The translations under genes were made by a program, and so were the position numbers. A stretch of DNA of 64,000 nt from an uncultured Acidobacteriota bacterium (GTDB lineage: Bacteria; Acidobacteriota; Polarisedimenticolia; J045), in contig CAVPCQ010000006.1 of NCBI GenBank assembly GCA_963702425.1, positions 381,014 to 445,013 of the forward strand. The letters run 5' to 3'. Of this stretch, positions 8,658-19,591 are shown piece by piece (the first letter of the stretch is position 1; the number at the start of each line of letters is the position of its first letter). The notes beneath the pieces are model-generated. The model was not told the origin of the DNA. It saw only the letters and a program-made list of their open reading frames with translations, and did no database searches.

Positions 8658-9296
8658 ATGCGACATCGCAATGCACTGATGGTAGCCGCCGTGACGTGCG
8701 CTCTCGCGCTCTTGACCCCCCTCCCGGCGGTCGCGGCTGACCCGGATCGGGTCTCATCGCGGGGACGCCACGAGCTGGCGGGGGTCTGGTACCGCGAGGT
8801 CGCGTATGGAACGAGCAGCGAGGGCGGCGTGATCATGGTTGTGACCGAGGTCGATCCGAGAACTTTCATCGTCGCTCCCGCCACATTCAGCATCCCGCTC
8901 GGCCCACCGCCGCAGACCCCACCCGTCCCCCCCACGGATACCCAGTCCCCCTGGGTCGTCCGCTTCGAAAGGACGGGCCTCAATACCTATGACGTCACGT
9001 CCCTCTCGCATCTGGCGAACACGCAGGCTCCTCCGGGCCAGCCCAAGACGGCTTGGGCCCTCCCCTGCAATGGAACCGCCGTCCAGACGGACGAAGACGT
9101 CCTGATCATCGACTGGTCCTGCTTCGCCTCGTGCAACCCCTGCTACCCGGGGTGCTGGAACTACGGCAGCTCTTTCATCGCCTGCGACCCGAACCGACTC
9201 TGGAACCCGTTCGAGGATCCGACCTCGTTCTGCGTCGGCGGAACCCAGACCGAGTTCAGGAAGATGCCGATGAATGACGAGTGCGTCCCGGACTAG
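8658..9296 (+). CDS. secreted Cys-rich hypothetical protein (212 aa)
   Basis: AGGAGG RBS, Sec signal (…AVAA-D), 8 Cys in the mature C-terminal half. Confidence 0.8.
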   Translation: MRHRNALMVAAVTCALALLTPLPAVAADPDRVSSRGRHELAGVWYREVAYGTSSEGGVIMVVTEVDPRTFIVAPATFSIPLGPPPQTPPVPPTDTQSPWVVRFERTGLNTYDVTSLSHLANTQAPPGQPKTAWALPCNGTAVQTDEDVLIIDWSCFASCNPCYPGCWNYGSSFIACDPNRLWNPFEDPTSFCVGGTQTEFRKMPMNDECVPD

Positions 9297-9454
9297 GGCG
9301 TGCTCGTTGGCGGGACGAGGGTGGATGGACCTTCGGGGGGCGCACCGCCGGTCGGCGGGGCGCTCCTGACGCCCGGCGCCTCCCCCGCCTGCGGCTAGGC
9401 AACCGGAGGCCCCGGCGACGGGCCTCGGCAACCTGCTCGTGGACTTGGGGTTAT

Positions 9455-9530
9455 TGGAGCGGGCGACGAGGCTTGAACTCGCGACCCTCAGCTTGGGAAG
9501 CTGATGCTCTACCAACTGAGCTACGCCCGC
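9455..9530 (-). tRNA. tRNA-Gly (CCC)
   Basis: GCGGGCGTAGCTCAGTTGGTAGAGCATCAGCTTCCCAAGCTGAGGGTCGCGAGTTCAAGCCTCGTCGCCCGCTCCA; 76 nt with encoded CCA. Confidence 0.97.
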
Positions 9531-9613
9531 TCGGACGATGGCGGACTGTAGCGCGGCCCCTGCCGGGTCGCAACGGGGCACCGTCTCGCGGGCCGGCGGC
9601 GCCCGCGGTGCAG

Positions 9614-10978
<1,365 letters not shown>

Positions 10979-11080
10979 CCTTCCCCTCCGCCCGAAGGCG
11001 CTCCGGTCGTCCCCGCAGGGTTCCGACAGACCTATCGGTCGCGGGGGGCCGGGCTTGAGACGGGGGTGGATCGATCCTGG

Positions 11081-11449
11081 TCAGGGAGTGTTCGAAGGGC
11101 GAACGCCGACGTCGATCCGACCGTCGAGAAGCGCGGCACCGGCTGCATCGAATCGGCGCGCCGCGACCGTGCCGGTGAGCGCGCCGCCCGGGGCCACCGC
11201 GACCGGACCGTCGACCCGGAAGCGCCCGCGGGCCCGCCCCTCGACGCGCAGCGAGGCGCAGCGCGCGGCCTCCGCGACGAGTTGCCCGCCGGGCCCGACG
11301 ATCACCTCCCCGCCCAGCGCCAGGTCGGCCGTCGCCTCGCCGAGGACGATCAGCATCCCCGATCCGGAGATCGTCCCCGTCCAGACGGCGCCACGGCCGA
11401 CCTGGCTGTAGGCGGGGGCCTCCGGGCGGGAGAGGAACCAGAACTTCAT
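11081..11449 (-). CDS. bactofilin (polymer-forming cytoskeletal protein)
   Basis: beta-helix-type repeats (GTISGSGMLIVLG, LRVEGRARG, LTGTVAA, LLDGRI); ATGA overlap with upstream stop. Confidence 0.7.
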   Translation of the reverse strand: MKFWFLSRPEAPAYSQVGRGAVWTGTISGSGMLIVLGEATADLALGGEVIVGPGGQLVAEAARCASLRVEGRARGRFRVDGPVAVAPGGALTGTVAARRFDAAGAALLDGRIDVGVRPSNTP

Positions 11450-12582
11450 GCCGCCTCCCGGACCGCGTCGGCGAGGATCGCCGCAGCCCGCGAGAGGTCC
11501 TCGTCTCCGCTCCCGGGGCCGAGGCTCACGCGCACGAGCCCGCGCTGCCAAGCGGGCTCGAAGCCCAGCGCGCGCATCACGGCCGACGGGCCCTCGCGCC
11601 CGGCGTGACAGGCCGAGCCGGCCGACACCGCCAGGCCCCGGGCATCGCAGGCGGCGGCCACGGCCCGCCCGTCGCGGCGCTCGAAGACCAGCGCCGTCGT
11701 GTTGGGAAGCCGGGGCGCACCGGCCCCGGCGACGCGGGTGCCGGGAATGCGCCGCAGCAACTCGGCCTCGAACCGGTCGCGCCGGGCCGCCACGGCCGCC
11801 CCCGCCACGAGACGCTCCGGCACGCGTTCCGCCGCCGCGCCGAAGGCGACGACCAGCGGCAGGGCCTCGGTGCCGGGACGGCGGTCCCCTTCCTGCCCAC
11901 CGCCCGCGCAGAACGGGAGCGGCTCCAGCCCTTCGCGGACGAGCAGTGCTCCGACCCCCGGAGGCCCGCCGAGCTTGTGCGAGGAGAGCGACACCAGGTC
12001 GGCGCCGAGCGCGTCGAAATCGAGCGCGATCTTTCCGAACGCCTGCACCGCGTCGACGTGGACCAGCGCCCCGGCCGCGTGGGCCCGCGCCGCGATCGCA
12101 CCGACGTCGTTCACGGTCCCGATCTCGTTCTGCGCCAGCATCACGGAGACGAGCGCGCGGCGCGTCCCGGCGAGCGCCTCGGCGACCGCGTCGGGCTCGA
12201 TCACCCCCAGCTTCGAAGCGCGCACCGTCACGAGCGGGAGGCGGTGGGTCGCCGCCAGCCGGGCCGCCGTCTCGCCGACTGCCGGGTGCTCCAGCTCGCC
12301 GATCACGAGCGCGTCGACCAGGCCGCGTTCGACCAGCCCGCGCAGGGCGAGCGCGTCGGACTCGCTGCCGCCGGAGCAGAACACGACCGCCTCGCGTGCC
12401 GCGCCCGACGCCGCGGCGACCTGCCCGCGCGCCGCCTCGAGCAGCGCCCGGGCGCGGCGGCCCTCGGCGTGGGCCGACGACGGGTTGCCCCACCCCTCGG
12501 CCCAGAGCCGCCCGAGCAGCTCGGCGATCCCGGGCGCGGGGGGCGCGGTGGCGTTGTGGTCGAGGTAGATCCGACCGCTCAC
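11446..12582 (-). CDS. cysteine desulfurase (IscS/NifS family)
   Basis: IYLDHNAT, HVDAVQ, SSHKLGGP, SAGSAC. Confidence 0.92.
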   Translation of the reverse strand: MSGRIYLDHNATAPPAPGIAELLGRLWAEGWGNPSSAHAEGRRARALLEAARGQVAAASGAAREAVVFCSGGSESDALALRGLVERGLVDALVIGELEHPAVGETAARLAATHRLPLVTVRASKLGVIEPDAVAEALAGTRRALVSVMLAQNEIGTVNDVGAIAARAHAAGALVHVDAVQAFGKIALDFDALGADLVSLSSHKLGGPPGVGALLVREGLEPLPFCAGGGQEGDRRPGTEALPLVVAFGAAAERVPERLVAGAAVAARRDRFEAELLRRIPGTRVAGAGAPRLPNTTALVFERRDGRAVAAACDARGLAVSAGSACHAGREGPSAVMRALGFEPAWQRGLVRVSLGPGSGDEDLSRAAAILADAVREAA

Positions 12583-15500
12583 GCCCGCCTCGCGACCCCG
12601 AAGCGAACCGGCTGCCCCTCGATGTCGGTTTCCTTGACCGTCGCCCCCGGCCGCGGCGCGCCGACCTCCAGCACCGCGGCGAGCGTCTCGCCGGCGATCA
12701 GCTCCCGGTGCCGCTCGATCGCCGCTGCGAGCGCTCCTGCGGCGTCGATCGTGACCTCGATCCGGTCGGCGTAGTCGAGATCGAGCTCCTTGCGCAGGCT
12801 CTGGATCCGGTTGACCACCTCGCGCGCCAACCCCTCGGCCAGGAGCGCCTCGTCGAGGTCGGTCTCGAGCACGACCACGGCCCGCGCCGACGACGAGGCC
12901 GCGTAGTGCTCCCGGGCGGTGAGCGAGATCGCGACCTCTTCCGGCCCCAGCGTCACGATCTGGCCGTCGACCGCGATCCGGATCTCCCCGTCCGCGTCGA
13001 GCTGCCTCCGCAGCGCGGCGACGTCGGCCGTGCCGAGCGCCTTCTTGACGCCCGGAACGAGCGCGCCGACCCGCGGCCCGATCAGGCGGAAGTTGGGCTG
13101 CATCTTCCAGACGACGAAAGCGTCGGCGTCGCCGCCGACGACCACCTCCCGGACGTTCAGTTCCTCGGCGATGATCGGCGCCAGCGCGGTGAGCGCGGCG
13201 TCCTCGGAGTTCTCCGCCAGGAAGATCCGCGCCGCCTTGAGCGGCTGCCGCACGCGCAGTTTCTGGTTCGCGCGCGCCGAGAGGCCGAGCGAGACGACCT
13301 CGCGCGCGAGCGACATCGACTGCGACAGCGGCTCGTCGATCCAGGCCGCCGGCAGCTCCGGCCACGGCGCGAGGTGCACGCTGTCGGGCTGCGCGCCCGG
13401 CCAGGCCCCGCCGACCAGCGTGCGCCAGGTGTGCTCGGCGAAGAACGGGACGAAGGGCGCGGCCATCAGCGAGAGGTCGACGAGCACCTCCCAGAGCGTC
13501 CAGAACGCGTCCGCCTTGTCGTCCGAGAAGCCGGGGGCCCAGAAGCGGTCGCGGCCACGCCGGACGTACCAGTTGGAGAGCGCGTCGACGAACTCCCCGA
13601 GCGCGCGGGCGGCGTCGTAGATGCGGTAGCCGTCCAGCGCCTCGGTCACGCGGCGGCAGGTCAGCGCCGTCTCCGAGAGGATCCAGCGATCCATCTGCGG
13701 CCGCGCCGCCGCAGGTCGGTACCCCTTCCCCCGGCGGACGTCGGGCACCCGCCCTCCGGTCGCCGCGAGATCGTCCGCCGGGTCGAAGCCGTCGATCGCG
13801 GCGTAGATCAGGAAGAACGACAGCACGTTCGACCAGCGGACGAGGAACTCGTTCTGCTGCTCGCGGATCCCGCGTAGCGAGTTGCGGGTGTTGCTCCAGG
13901 TCGGTCCGGAGGCGTAGAAGAACCAGCGGAACGCATCGGCCCCGGGGGGATCGTCGAGGACGTCGATCAGGACCGGGTCGTCGGGCGCGACGCCGAGCGT
14001 CGCGCGGACCGCCGAGCCGAGCACGATCGACTCCTTGCCGGCCGCCCCGGCGAGCAGGCGGGCCTCGAACGAGCGCTGCGGCTGCCGCGCGTTGTGCACG
14101 CGGACCCGCATCCCCTCCGGGAGCCCCAGGGATTTGACCTGCGCCGGCAGCAGGACGACGGCGTCGGGCGGTGGCGGCTCGCCGAGCCGCCCCTCGGGAG
14201 CGGTGCGCAGCGTGAAGCTCCCCTCCAGCACCAGGTCCGGCGGCGTGTAGTTGCCGACGCTCTTCGATTCCTTCTTGCCATCGGCGTCGCCGACGTGGCC
14301 GAGCACGATGCAGGTCCGGTACGGGTGCGGGTAGCCGCGCGGCGGAACGATCCCGAAACGCTGCTGCGTCTCTTCGTCGAAGACCAGCGTCGAGACCATC
14401 AGCATCGAGTAGAACCAGCCGCGCGTCTGGTCGATCGCCTCGGAGATGAAGTCGGCCGGGAAGGCCTCGCGGAAGGCCTCGAGCCCCTGGTGCGGGAAGC
14501 CCCACTGGGCGAACGGCATGCAGCCCGAGTCGAACCAGCAGTCGATCACCTCGGGCACGCGCCGCATCGTCCCGCCGCAGCCCGCGCAGGGGAAGGTCAC
14601 CTTGTCGACCCACGGCTTGTGGACGACGAGGTGCTCGGGCAGGCCGGGGTCCTTCGCGCAGGCCGCCGCCCAGTCGGCGAGGCAGCCCGGGTTCCGCTCG
14701 AGCGCGCGGTCCAGCTTGTCGAGCGCCTCCAGCGCGCCGCAGGCCTCGCACTCCCAGATCGGCAGCGGCGTGCCCCAGTAACGCTCGCGCGACAGCGCCC
14801 AGTCGACGTTGTTGGCCAGGAAGTCGCCGAAGCGGCCGTCCTTGATGTGTTCCGGCAGCCACACGATCTGCTGGTTGTTGGCGATCGCGTCGCCGATCCG
14901 CTCGGTCGTGCGGATGAACCAGGCCGGCCGCGCGTACTGGATCAGCGGCTCGTCTCCGGCCCGCCAGCAGAACGGGTAGTCGTGGCGGACCGTCCCCTCC
15001 TTGAAGACCAGGCCGCGGGCGCGCAGGTGGCGCACGATCTCGCGGTCCGCCTCCTTGCAGAAGCGGCCGGCGAAGTCGGTCACCGCCTCGGGAAACCGGC
15101 CGTCGGGCTGGAGCAGCTGGAGGAACCCCATTCCCTGCTCGCGGCAGACGCGGAAGTCGTCCTCCCCGAAGGCCGGGGCGGTGTGGACGATCCCGGTCCC
15201 CTGGGTGGCCCCGACGAAGTCGGCCGGAATGATCTGCCAGGCGCGTCCCCCCTCCGGCGTCGCGTAGCGGAACAGCGGTTCGTACGACTCGCCGACGAGC
15301 CGCTCGCCGAGGAAGCGCTCGAGGATCTCGACCCCTTCGCTGCCGAGCACATCCTCCGCAAGCGCCTCGGCGACGATGACGAGCTCCTCGGGCTGCCCCT
15401 CGCGGGCCACCCGCGCCAGCACGTACTGCATGTCGGGCCGGACCGCGAGCGCGACGTTCGACGGCAGGGTCCAGGGGGTCGTGGTCCAGGCCAGGTAGGA

Positions 15501-16157
15501 GACCCCGGGGCGGGTCCGGCTGGCGAAGCGCGCGACGACTTCCGGGTCGTCGACCGACTTGTAGCCGAGGCCGACCTCGGCCGACGAGAGCGCGGTGCCG
15601 CCCTGCGGCCACCACCAGACGACCTTGTGGCCGCGGTAGAGCAGCCCCTTGCGGAAGAGCTCCGCCAGCGCCCACCAGACCGACTCGACGTAGGAGCGGT
15701 GGAAGGTGACGTACGCGGTCGGCAGGTCGATCCAGAAGCCGATCCGTTCGGTCAGCTTCTCCCACTCCTCGGTGTAGCGGAAGACCGACTCGATGCAGCG
15801 CCGGGTAAAGGGCTCGATCCCGTAGCGCTCGATCTCCGCCTTGCCGTGGATCCCGAGTTCCTTCTCGACCTCCACCTCGACCGGCAGACCGTGCGTGTCC
15901 CAGCCCGCCTTGCGCGGCACGTGGTAGCCGCGCATCGCCTTGTAGCGCGGGAAGAGATCCTTGACGACGCGGGTCAGCACGTGGCCGTTGTGGGGCAGGC
16001 CGTTGGCGGTGGGCGGGCCCTCGTAGAAGACGAAGGTCGGGCCGCCCGCACGCTCGGCGAGCTGCCGCTCGAAGACCTTGCCGTCTTTCCAGAACTGGAG
16101 GATCTCCCGCTCGGCCTCGGCAAAGCGGAATTCCCCCCGCGGGCGCTGGTAGGGCAT
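12579..16157 (-). CDS. ileS: isoleucine--tRNA ligase (type 2-like)
   Basis: FYEGPPTANG, GWDTHGLP, WTTTPWTLPSN, DWALSRERYWG, DQTRGWFY, long type-2 C-terminus (EGLAREVVNRIQ). Confidence 0.96.
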   Translation of the reverse strand: MPYQRPRGEFRFAEAEREILQFWKDGKVFERQLAERAGGPTFVFYEGPPTANGLPHNGHVLTRVVKDLFPRYKAMRGYHVPRKAGWDTHGLPVEVEVEKELGIHGKAEIERYGIEPFTRRCIESVFRYTEEWEKLTERIGFWIDLPTAYVTFHRSYVESVWWALAELFRKGLLYRGHKVVWWWPQGGTALSSAEVGLGYKSVDDPEVVARFASRTRPGVSYLAWTTTPWTLPSNVALAVRPDMQYVLARVAREGQPEELVIVAEALAEDVLGSEGVEILERFLGERLVGESYEPLFRYATPEGGRAWQIIPADFVGATQGTGIVHTAPAFGEDDFRVCREQGMGFLQLLQPDGRFPEAVTDFAGRFCKEADREIVRHLRARGLVFKEGTVRHDYPFCWRAGDEPLIQYARPAWFIRTTERIGDAIANNQQIVWLPEHIKDGRFGDFLANNVDWALSRERYWGTPLPIWECEACGALEALDKLDRALERNPGCLADWAAACAKDPGLPEHLVVHKPWVDKVTFPCAGCGGTMRRVPEVIDCWFDSGCMPFAQWGFPHQGLEAFREAFPADFISEAIDQTRGWFYSMLMVSTLVFDEETQQRFGIVPPRGYPHPYRTCIVLGHVGDADGKKESKSVGNYTPPDLVLEGSFTLRTAPEGRLGEPPPPDAVVLLPAQVKSLGLPEGMRVRVHNARQPQRSFEARLLAGAAGKESIVLGSAVRATLGVAPDDPVLIDVLDDPPGADAFRWFFYASGPTWSNTRNSLRGIREQQNEFLVRWSNVLSFFLIYAAIDGFDPADDLAATGGRVPDVRRGKGYRPAAARPQMDRWILSETALTCRRVTEALDGYRIYDAARALGEFVDALSNWYVRRGRDRFWAPGFSDDKADAFWTLWEVLVDLSLMAAPFVPFFAEHTWRTLVGGAWPGAQPDSVHLAPWPELPAAWIDEPLSQSMSLAREVVSLGLSARANQKLRVRQPLKAARIFLAENSEDAALTALAPIIAEELNVREVVVGGDADAFVVWKMQPNFRLIGPRVGALVPGVKKALGTADVAALRRQLDADGEIRIAVDGQIVTLGPEEVAISLTAREHYAASSSARAVVVLETDLDEALLAEGLAREVVNRIQSLRKELDLDYADRIEVTIDAAGALAAAIERHRELIAGETLAAVLEVGAPRPGATVKETDIEGQPVRFGVARRA

Positions 16158-16293
16158 GAAGGGTCGGCTCCGTGTCGGAAGGGGTTTGGCGAAACGCGGT
16201 ATTCTGCCACGCCGCGACGGGCCGGGACACGGGAGACGGGCTATCCTTCCGCGGTTCGGGCGCCCGTCGCGCCCGGCTGGAAGGAGTTCCCCG

Positions 16294-16839
16294 GTGTCGC
16301 CGCGTACGCGCGATTTCGCCATCGCCGGCCTCGTGATCCTGCTCGACCAGGCGACCAAGGCCTGGGCCAGCACCCACTATCAGGCGCCGGTCCCGGTCAT
16401 CCCCGGTCTCTTCCGCCTGGCGCTCTCGCACAACACGGGGGCGCTGTTCGGGATGTTCGCGGGGCTCGGCGACCCGTGGCGCTCGATCCTGCTGACGCTG
16501 ATCCCGGTCCTCGCGGTGTGCGGCGTCGCCTGGCTGATCTGGCGCTCCGATCCGTCCGAGACCTCCAGCCGGCTCGCTCTTTCCCTAATTCTCGGCGGCG
16601 CGATCGGCAACCTGATCGACCGGGTGCTCTACGGCCACGTGATCGACTTCATCGACGTCTACTGGTCCTCCCCGCCGCTGTCGGACTGGCTGGTCTCGAC
16701 CTTCGGCACGAACCGCTGGCCGACCTTCAACGTCGCCGACTCGGGCCTGACGATCGGCGCGGCCGTGCTGCTGTTCGATGTGCTCTTCCACCGCCCGACC
16801 GAGCGGAAGAAGGACGACATTGCATCCGTTTCTGATTGA
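16294..16839 (+). CDS. lspA: lipoprotein signal peptidase II
   Basis: DQATK, NTGALFG, GNLIDR, VIDFI, FNVAD. Confidence 0.95.
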   Translation: MSPRTRDFAIAGLVILLDQATKAWASTHYQAPVPVIPGLFRLALSHNTGALFGMFAGLGDPWRSILLTLIPVLAVCGVAWLIWRSDPSETSSRLALSLILGGAIGNLIDRVLYGHVIDFIDVYWSSPPLSDWLVSTFGTNRWPTFNVADSGLTIGAAVLLFDVLFHRPTERKKDDIASVSD

Positions 16840-17661
16840 CTTCGGGACCGTCTCGCTGCCGCTGCTGGGCGAGTTGCGGCTTGCGCTCCCGTCGTACGGC
16901 CTCATGCTCGCGCTGGGGACGCTGGTCGGCTGGATCTGGTATCACCGCGAGGCGCGCCGGCGCGGGCTCGACCTCGACCTCGCCTCGGGCGTGCTGTTCT
17001 GGTCGATCGTCGGCGCGCTGGCTGGCGGCAAGCTCGGGCTGATCCTGGTCGAGCCCGGCGACTACCTGGGCGACCCGTCGCGGCTGTTCGGCGCCGATTT
17101 CCTGCGCGCCGGGGGGGTGGTCTGGACGGCGGTGCTGGCCGGCATCGCGACGCTGATCGCCCTGTGCCGGCGCTGGGGGCTCCCCGTGGCGTCGGTGCTG
17201 GATTGCGCCGCTCTGCCGATCCCGGTCGTGCAGGCGATCGGCCGCGTCGGCTGTCTGCTGGCCGGCTGCTGCCACGGCGCGGCCTGCGACCTGCCATGGG
17301 CCGTCGTGTACCGCTCGGCGGAGGCCCACGAACGGACGGGTGTCCCGCTCGGTGTCCCGCTCCACCCGGCCCCGCTCTACGAGTCGGCCTGGAACCTCGC
17401 CGTCGTGCTTCCCGTGCTGCTGCTCGTGCGGCGGCACCAGCGCTTCGCGGGCGAGGTGATGCTGGCCTACCTGACCACCTACAGCGTCGGCCGCGCGCTG
17501 CTCGAGTTCTTCCGCGGCGATGGAGCGCGCGGGCTCTGGTTCGGGGGCGCAATCTCGTCCGGGCAGATCGTCTCGCTCGCGGTCTTCCCGGTCGCGGCCG
17601 GCCTCTGGATCGCGCTCCGCCAGCGCGGCGGGGGGAGCCCCCGGCGGACCCGGCCCCGTGA
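16820..17661 (+). CDS. lgt: prolipoprotein diacylglyceryl transferase; native stop only reachable with one extra G in the G6 run 17630-17635
   Basis: TTG start, SYGLM, IGRVGCLLAGCCHG, HPAPLYE, EFFRGD; the frame as given has no stop until 19591. Confidence 0.85.
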
Positions 17662-18650
17662 GCCGCGCCGGCCGCGAGCGCGGCGACGCGAGCCCCGGCG
17701 CGCACACGCGGGACGATGCGGCGGTGGCCGACGATGGGCTGCGGCTCGATCGCTTCTGCGCGCTGCGCCACCCGGAGGTCTCGCGTTCGCGCCTGACCGC
17801 GCTGATCCGGGAGGGCCGCGTCACGCTCGACGGTCAGGCCGCGCGGCCGTCCGAGACGGTGCGCGCCGGCGCGCGGGTCGAGATCGCGTTTCCGCCCGCC
17901 GTCGACTCGTCGCTCGTTCCCGAGCCGATCGCACTCGCCGTGCTCCACGAGGACGAGGACCTGCTCGTGCTCGACAAACCCGCCGGCCTCGTCGTCCACC
18001 CCGGCTCGGGGGTGCGGGCGGGGACGCTGGCCGCCGCGCTTCTGCACCGCGATCCGGCCGTCGCCGGGGTCGGCGGAGCGGAGCGTTCGGGGCTCGTGCA
18101 CCGACTCGACCGCGGCACCTCCGGGCTGATGGTCGTGGCCCGCCACGACGCCGCGCACCGCGCGCTCGCCGCGCAGTTCCACGCGCGCACCGTGGAGAAG
18201 GTCTACGACGCGATCGTCTGGGGCCGGCCGCGCGAGCGCGAGGGCGAGATCGACCTCGGCGTGGGCCGCGACCCGAAGAACCGCGTCCGGATGCGCGCCG
18301 GCGTCGCCGGAGGGCGCGCGGCGCGCAGCGTCTACCGCGTCATCGAGGAGGTCCCGGGTTTCGCCTGGCTCGAAGTCCGGATCCTGACGGGACGGACCCA
18401 CCAGGTCCGAGTCCATCTCGCGGCGCTGGGCCATCCGATCGTCGGGGACGCGACCTACGGCGGCGAGCGCTCGGCCTCCGTCGGCGACGCGCGGCGGCGC
18501 GGCGCGGTGCGGGGGATCGGCCGCCCCGCGCTACACGCGCGGCGGCTCGCCTTCGATCATCCGCGAACCGGCGAGCGCATGGCGTTCGAGGCCCCCTGGC
18601 CGGACGACCTGAGGACGCTCTGGAGCGCGCTCGGCGGACGTCTCCCGTGA
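17658..18650 (+). CDS. RluA family pseudouridine synthase (RluD-like)
   Basis: S4 domain RLDRF, DKPAGLVVHP, VHRLDRGTSG, TGRTHQVRVH. Confidence 0.93.
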   Translation: MSRAGRERGDASPGAHTRDDAAVADDGLRLDRFCALRHPEVSRSRLTALIREGRVTLDGQAARPSETVRAGARVEIAFPPAVDSSLVPEPIALAVLHEDEDLLVLDKPAGLVVHPGSGVRAGTLAAALLHRDPAVAGVGGAERSGLVHRLDRGTSGLMVVARHDAAHRALAAQFHARTVEKVYDAIVWGRPREREGEIDLGVGRDPKNRVRMRAGVAGGRAARSVYRVIEEVPGFAWLEVRILTGRTHQVRVHLAALGHPIVGDATYGGERSASVGDARRRGAVRGIGRPALHARRLAFDHPRTGERMAFEAPWPDDLRTLWSALGGRLP

Positions 18651-19591
18651 CGCGCGCCGACTGGGGGATCGCCGGCGCCGGCCGGGCCGGGGGGGCGCTG
18701 GCCCGCGCCCTGGCGCGGCGCGGCGCGACGGTGCTGGTCTGGGACCGCGATCCAGCGGCCGCCGCGCGGGTGGCCCGCGCCGCGGGCGCACGCCGGGCGC
18801 GGGACCTCTCCGATCTCGCGCGGGGCGCGCGGCGGCTCGTGCTGGCGGTGAGCGACGACGCGCTGCCCGAGGTGGCGCGCGCGCTGGCGCGCGCCTGGCC
18901 GCGCGCGGTGCGCGGCAGCGCGGCGCCGAGCGCCGTGCTGCACCTCGCCGGAGCGTTGCCGTCGACGGTGCTGCAGCCGCTCGCCGCGCGCGGAGCGGCC
19001 GTGGGGGTCTGCCAGCCCGCGGTCGCGTTGCACGGCGTGTCGAGCTCCGAGGCGTTGTCCCGGGGCTACGCGACCGTGTCGGGAGCGACGCCGGCGGGAC
19101 GCCTCGCCGCCGGCCGGCTGGCGCGCGCCGCCGGCCTGCGCCCGGTCCCTGTGGACGACGCCCTGCGACCGCTGGCCCACCTGGGCATGGTGCTGGCGGC
19201 GGGCGATACGGTGGCGCTGCTGGCCGAGGCCGCCGCGCTGCTCGAACGCGCCGGCATCCCGCCGCGCGCCGCGCGGGCGATTGCGGCCGGGCTCGGCGAG
19301 GGCTCGGCCCGGGCCTTCGCCGCGCACGGAGCGGTGCGGGCGCTGACCGGACCGGCGGCGCGCGGTGACGCGCGGACGCTGCTCCGGCACCGCGCGGCAC
19401 TCCTGGCGGCCGGGCTCGCCGGCTCGCCCGCGGCAGATGCTCACCGCGCGCTCGCCCGAGCCGGAGCCGCCCGCGCCGCGCGGGCGGGCTCCCTCTCGAA
19501 GGCGGCCCACGCCCGGGTGCGCGCGGCGCTCGACGGCTGGACGGGACTCCCGCGGTCCCGTACCTTGCCGCGCGGAGGACGCCGCCCGTGA
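18647..19591 (+). CDS. Rossmann-like + DUF2520 domain protein
   Basis: GIAGAGRAG, LAVSDD, ALTGPAARGD. Confidence 0.8.
   Translation: MTRADWGIAGAGRAGGALARALARRGATVLVWDRDPAAAARVARAAGARRARDLSDLARGARRLVLAVSDDALPEVARALARAWPRAVRGSAAPSAVLHLAGALPSTVLQPLAARGAAVGVCQPAVALHGVSSSEALSRGYATVSGATPAGRLAAGRLARAAGLRPVPVDDALRPLAHLGMVLAAGDTVALLAEAAALLERAGIPPRAARAIAAGLGEGSARAFAAHGAVRALTGPAARGDARTLLRHRAALLAAGLAGSPAADAHRALARAGAARAARAGSLSKAAHARVRAALDGWTGLPRSRTLPRGGRRP

Larger units (their letters stand above)
8306..9498. mobile_element. tRNA-Gly-integrated genomic islet (1148-bp repeat-to-repeat period), no integrase
   Basis: bounded by the tRNA 3' duplication; a single cargo gene; lower GC than flanks. Confidence 0.75.

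Noticed and set aside
16778-19591. genuine Lgt-DUF2520 fusion protein
   Set aside because: The linker is the off-frame translation of the RluA gene; a single indel explains it better.
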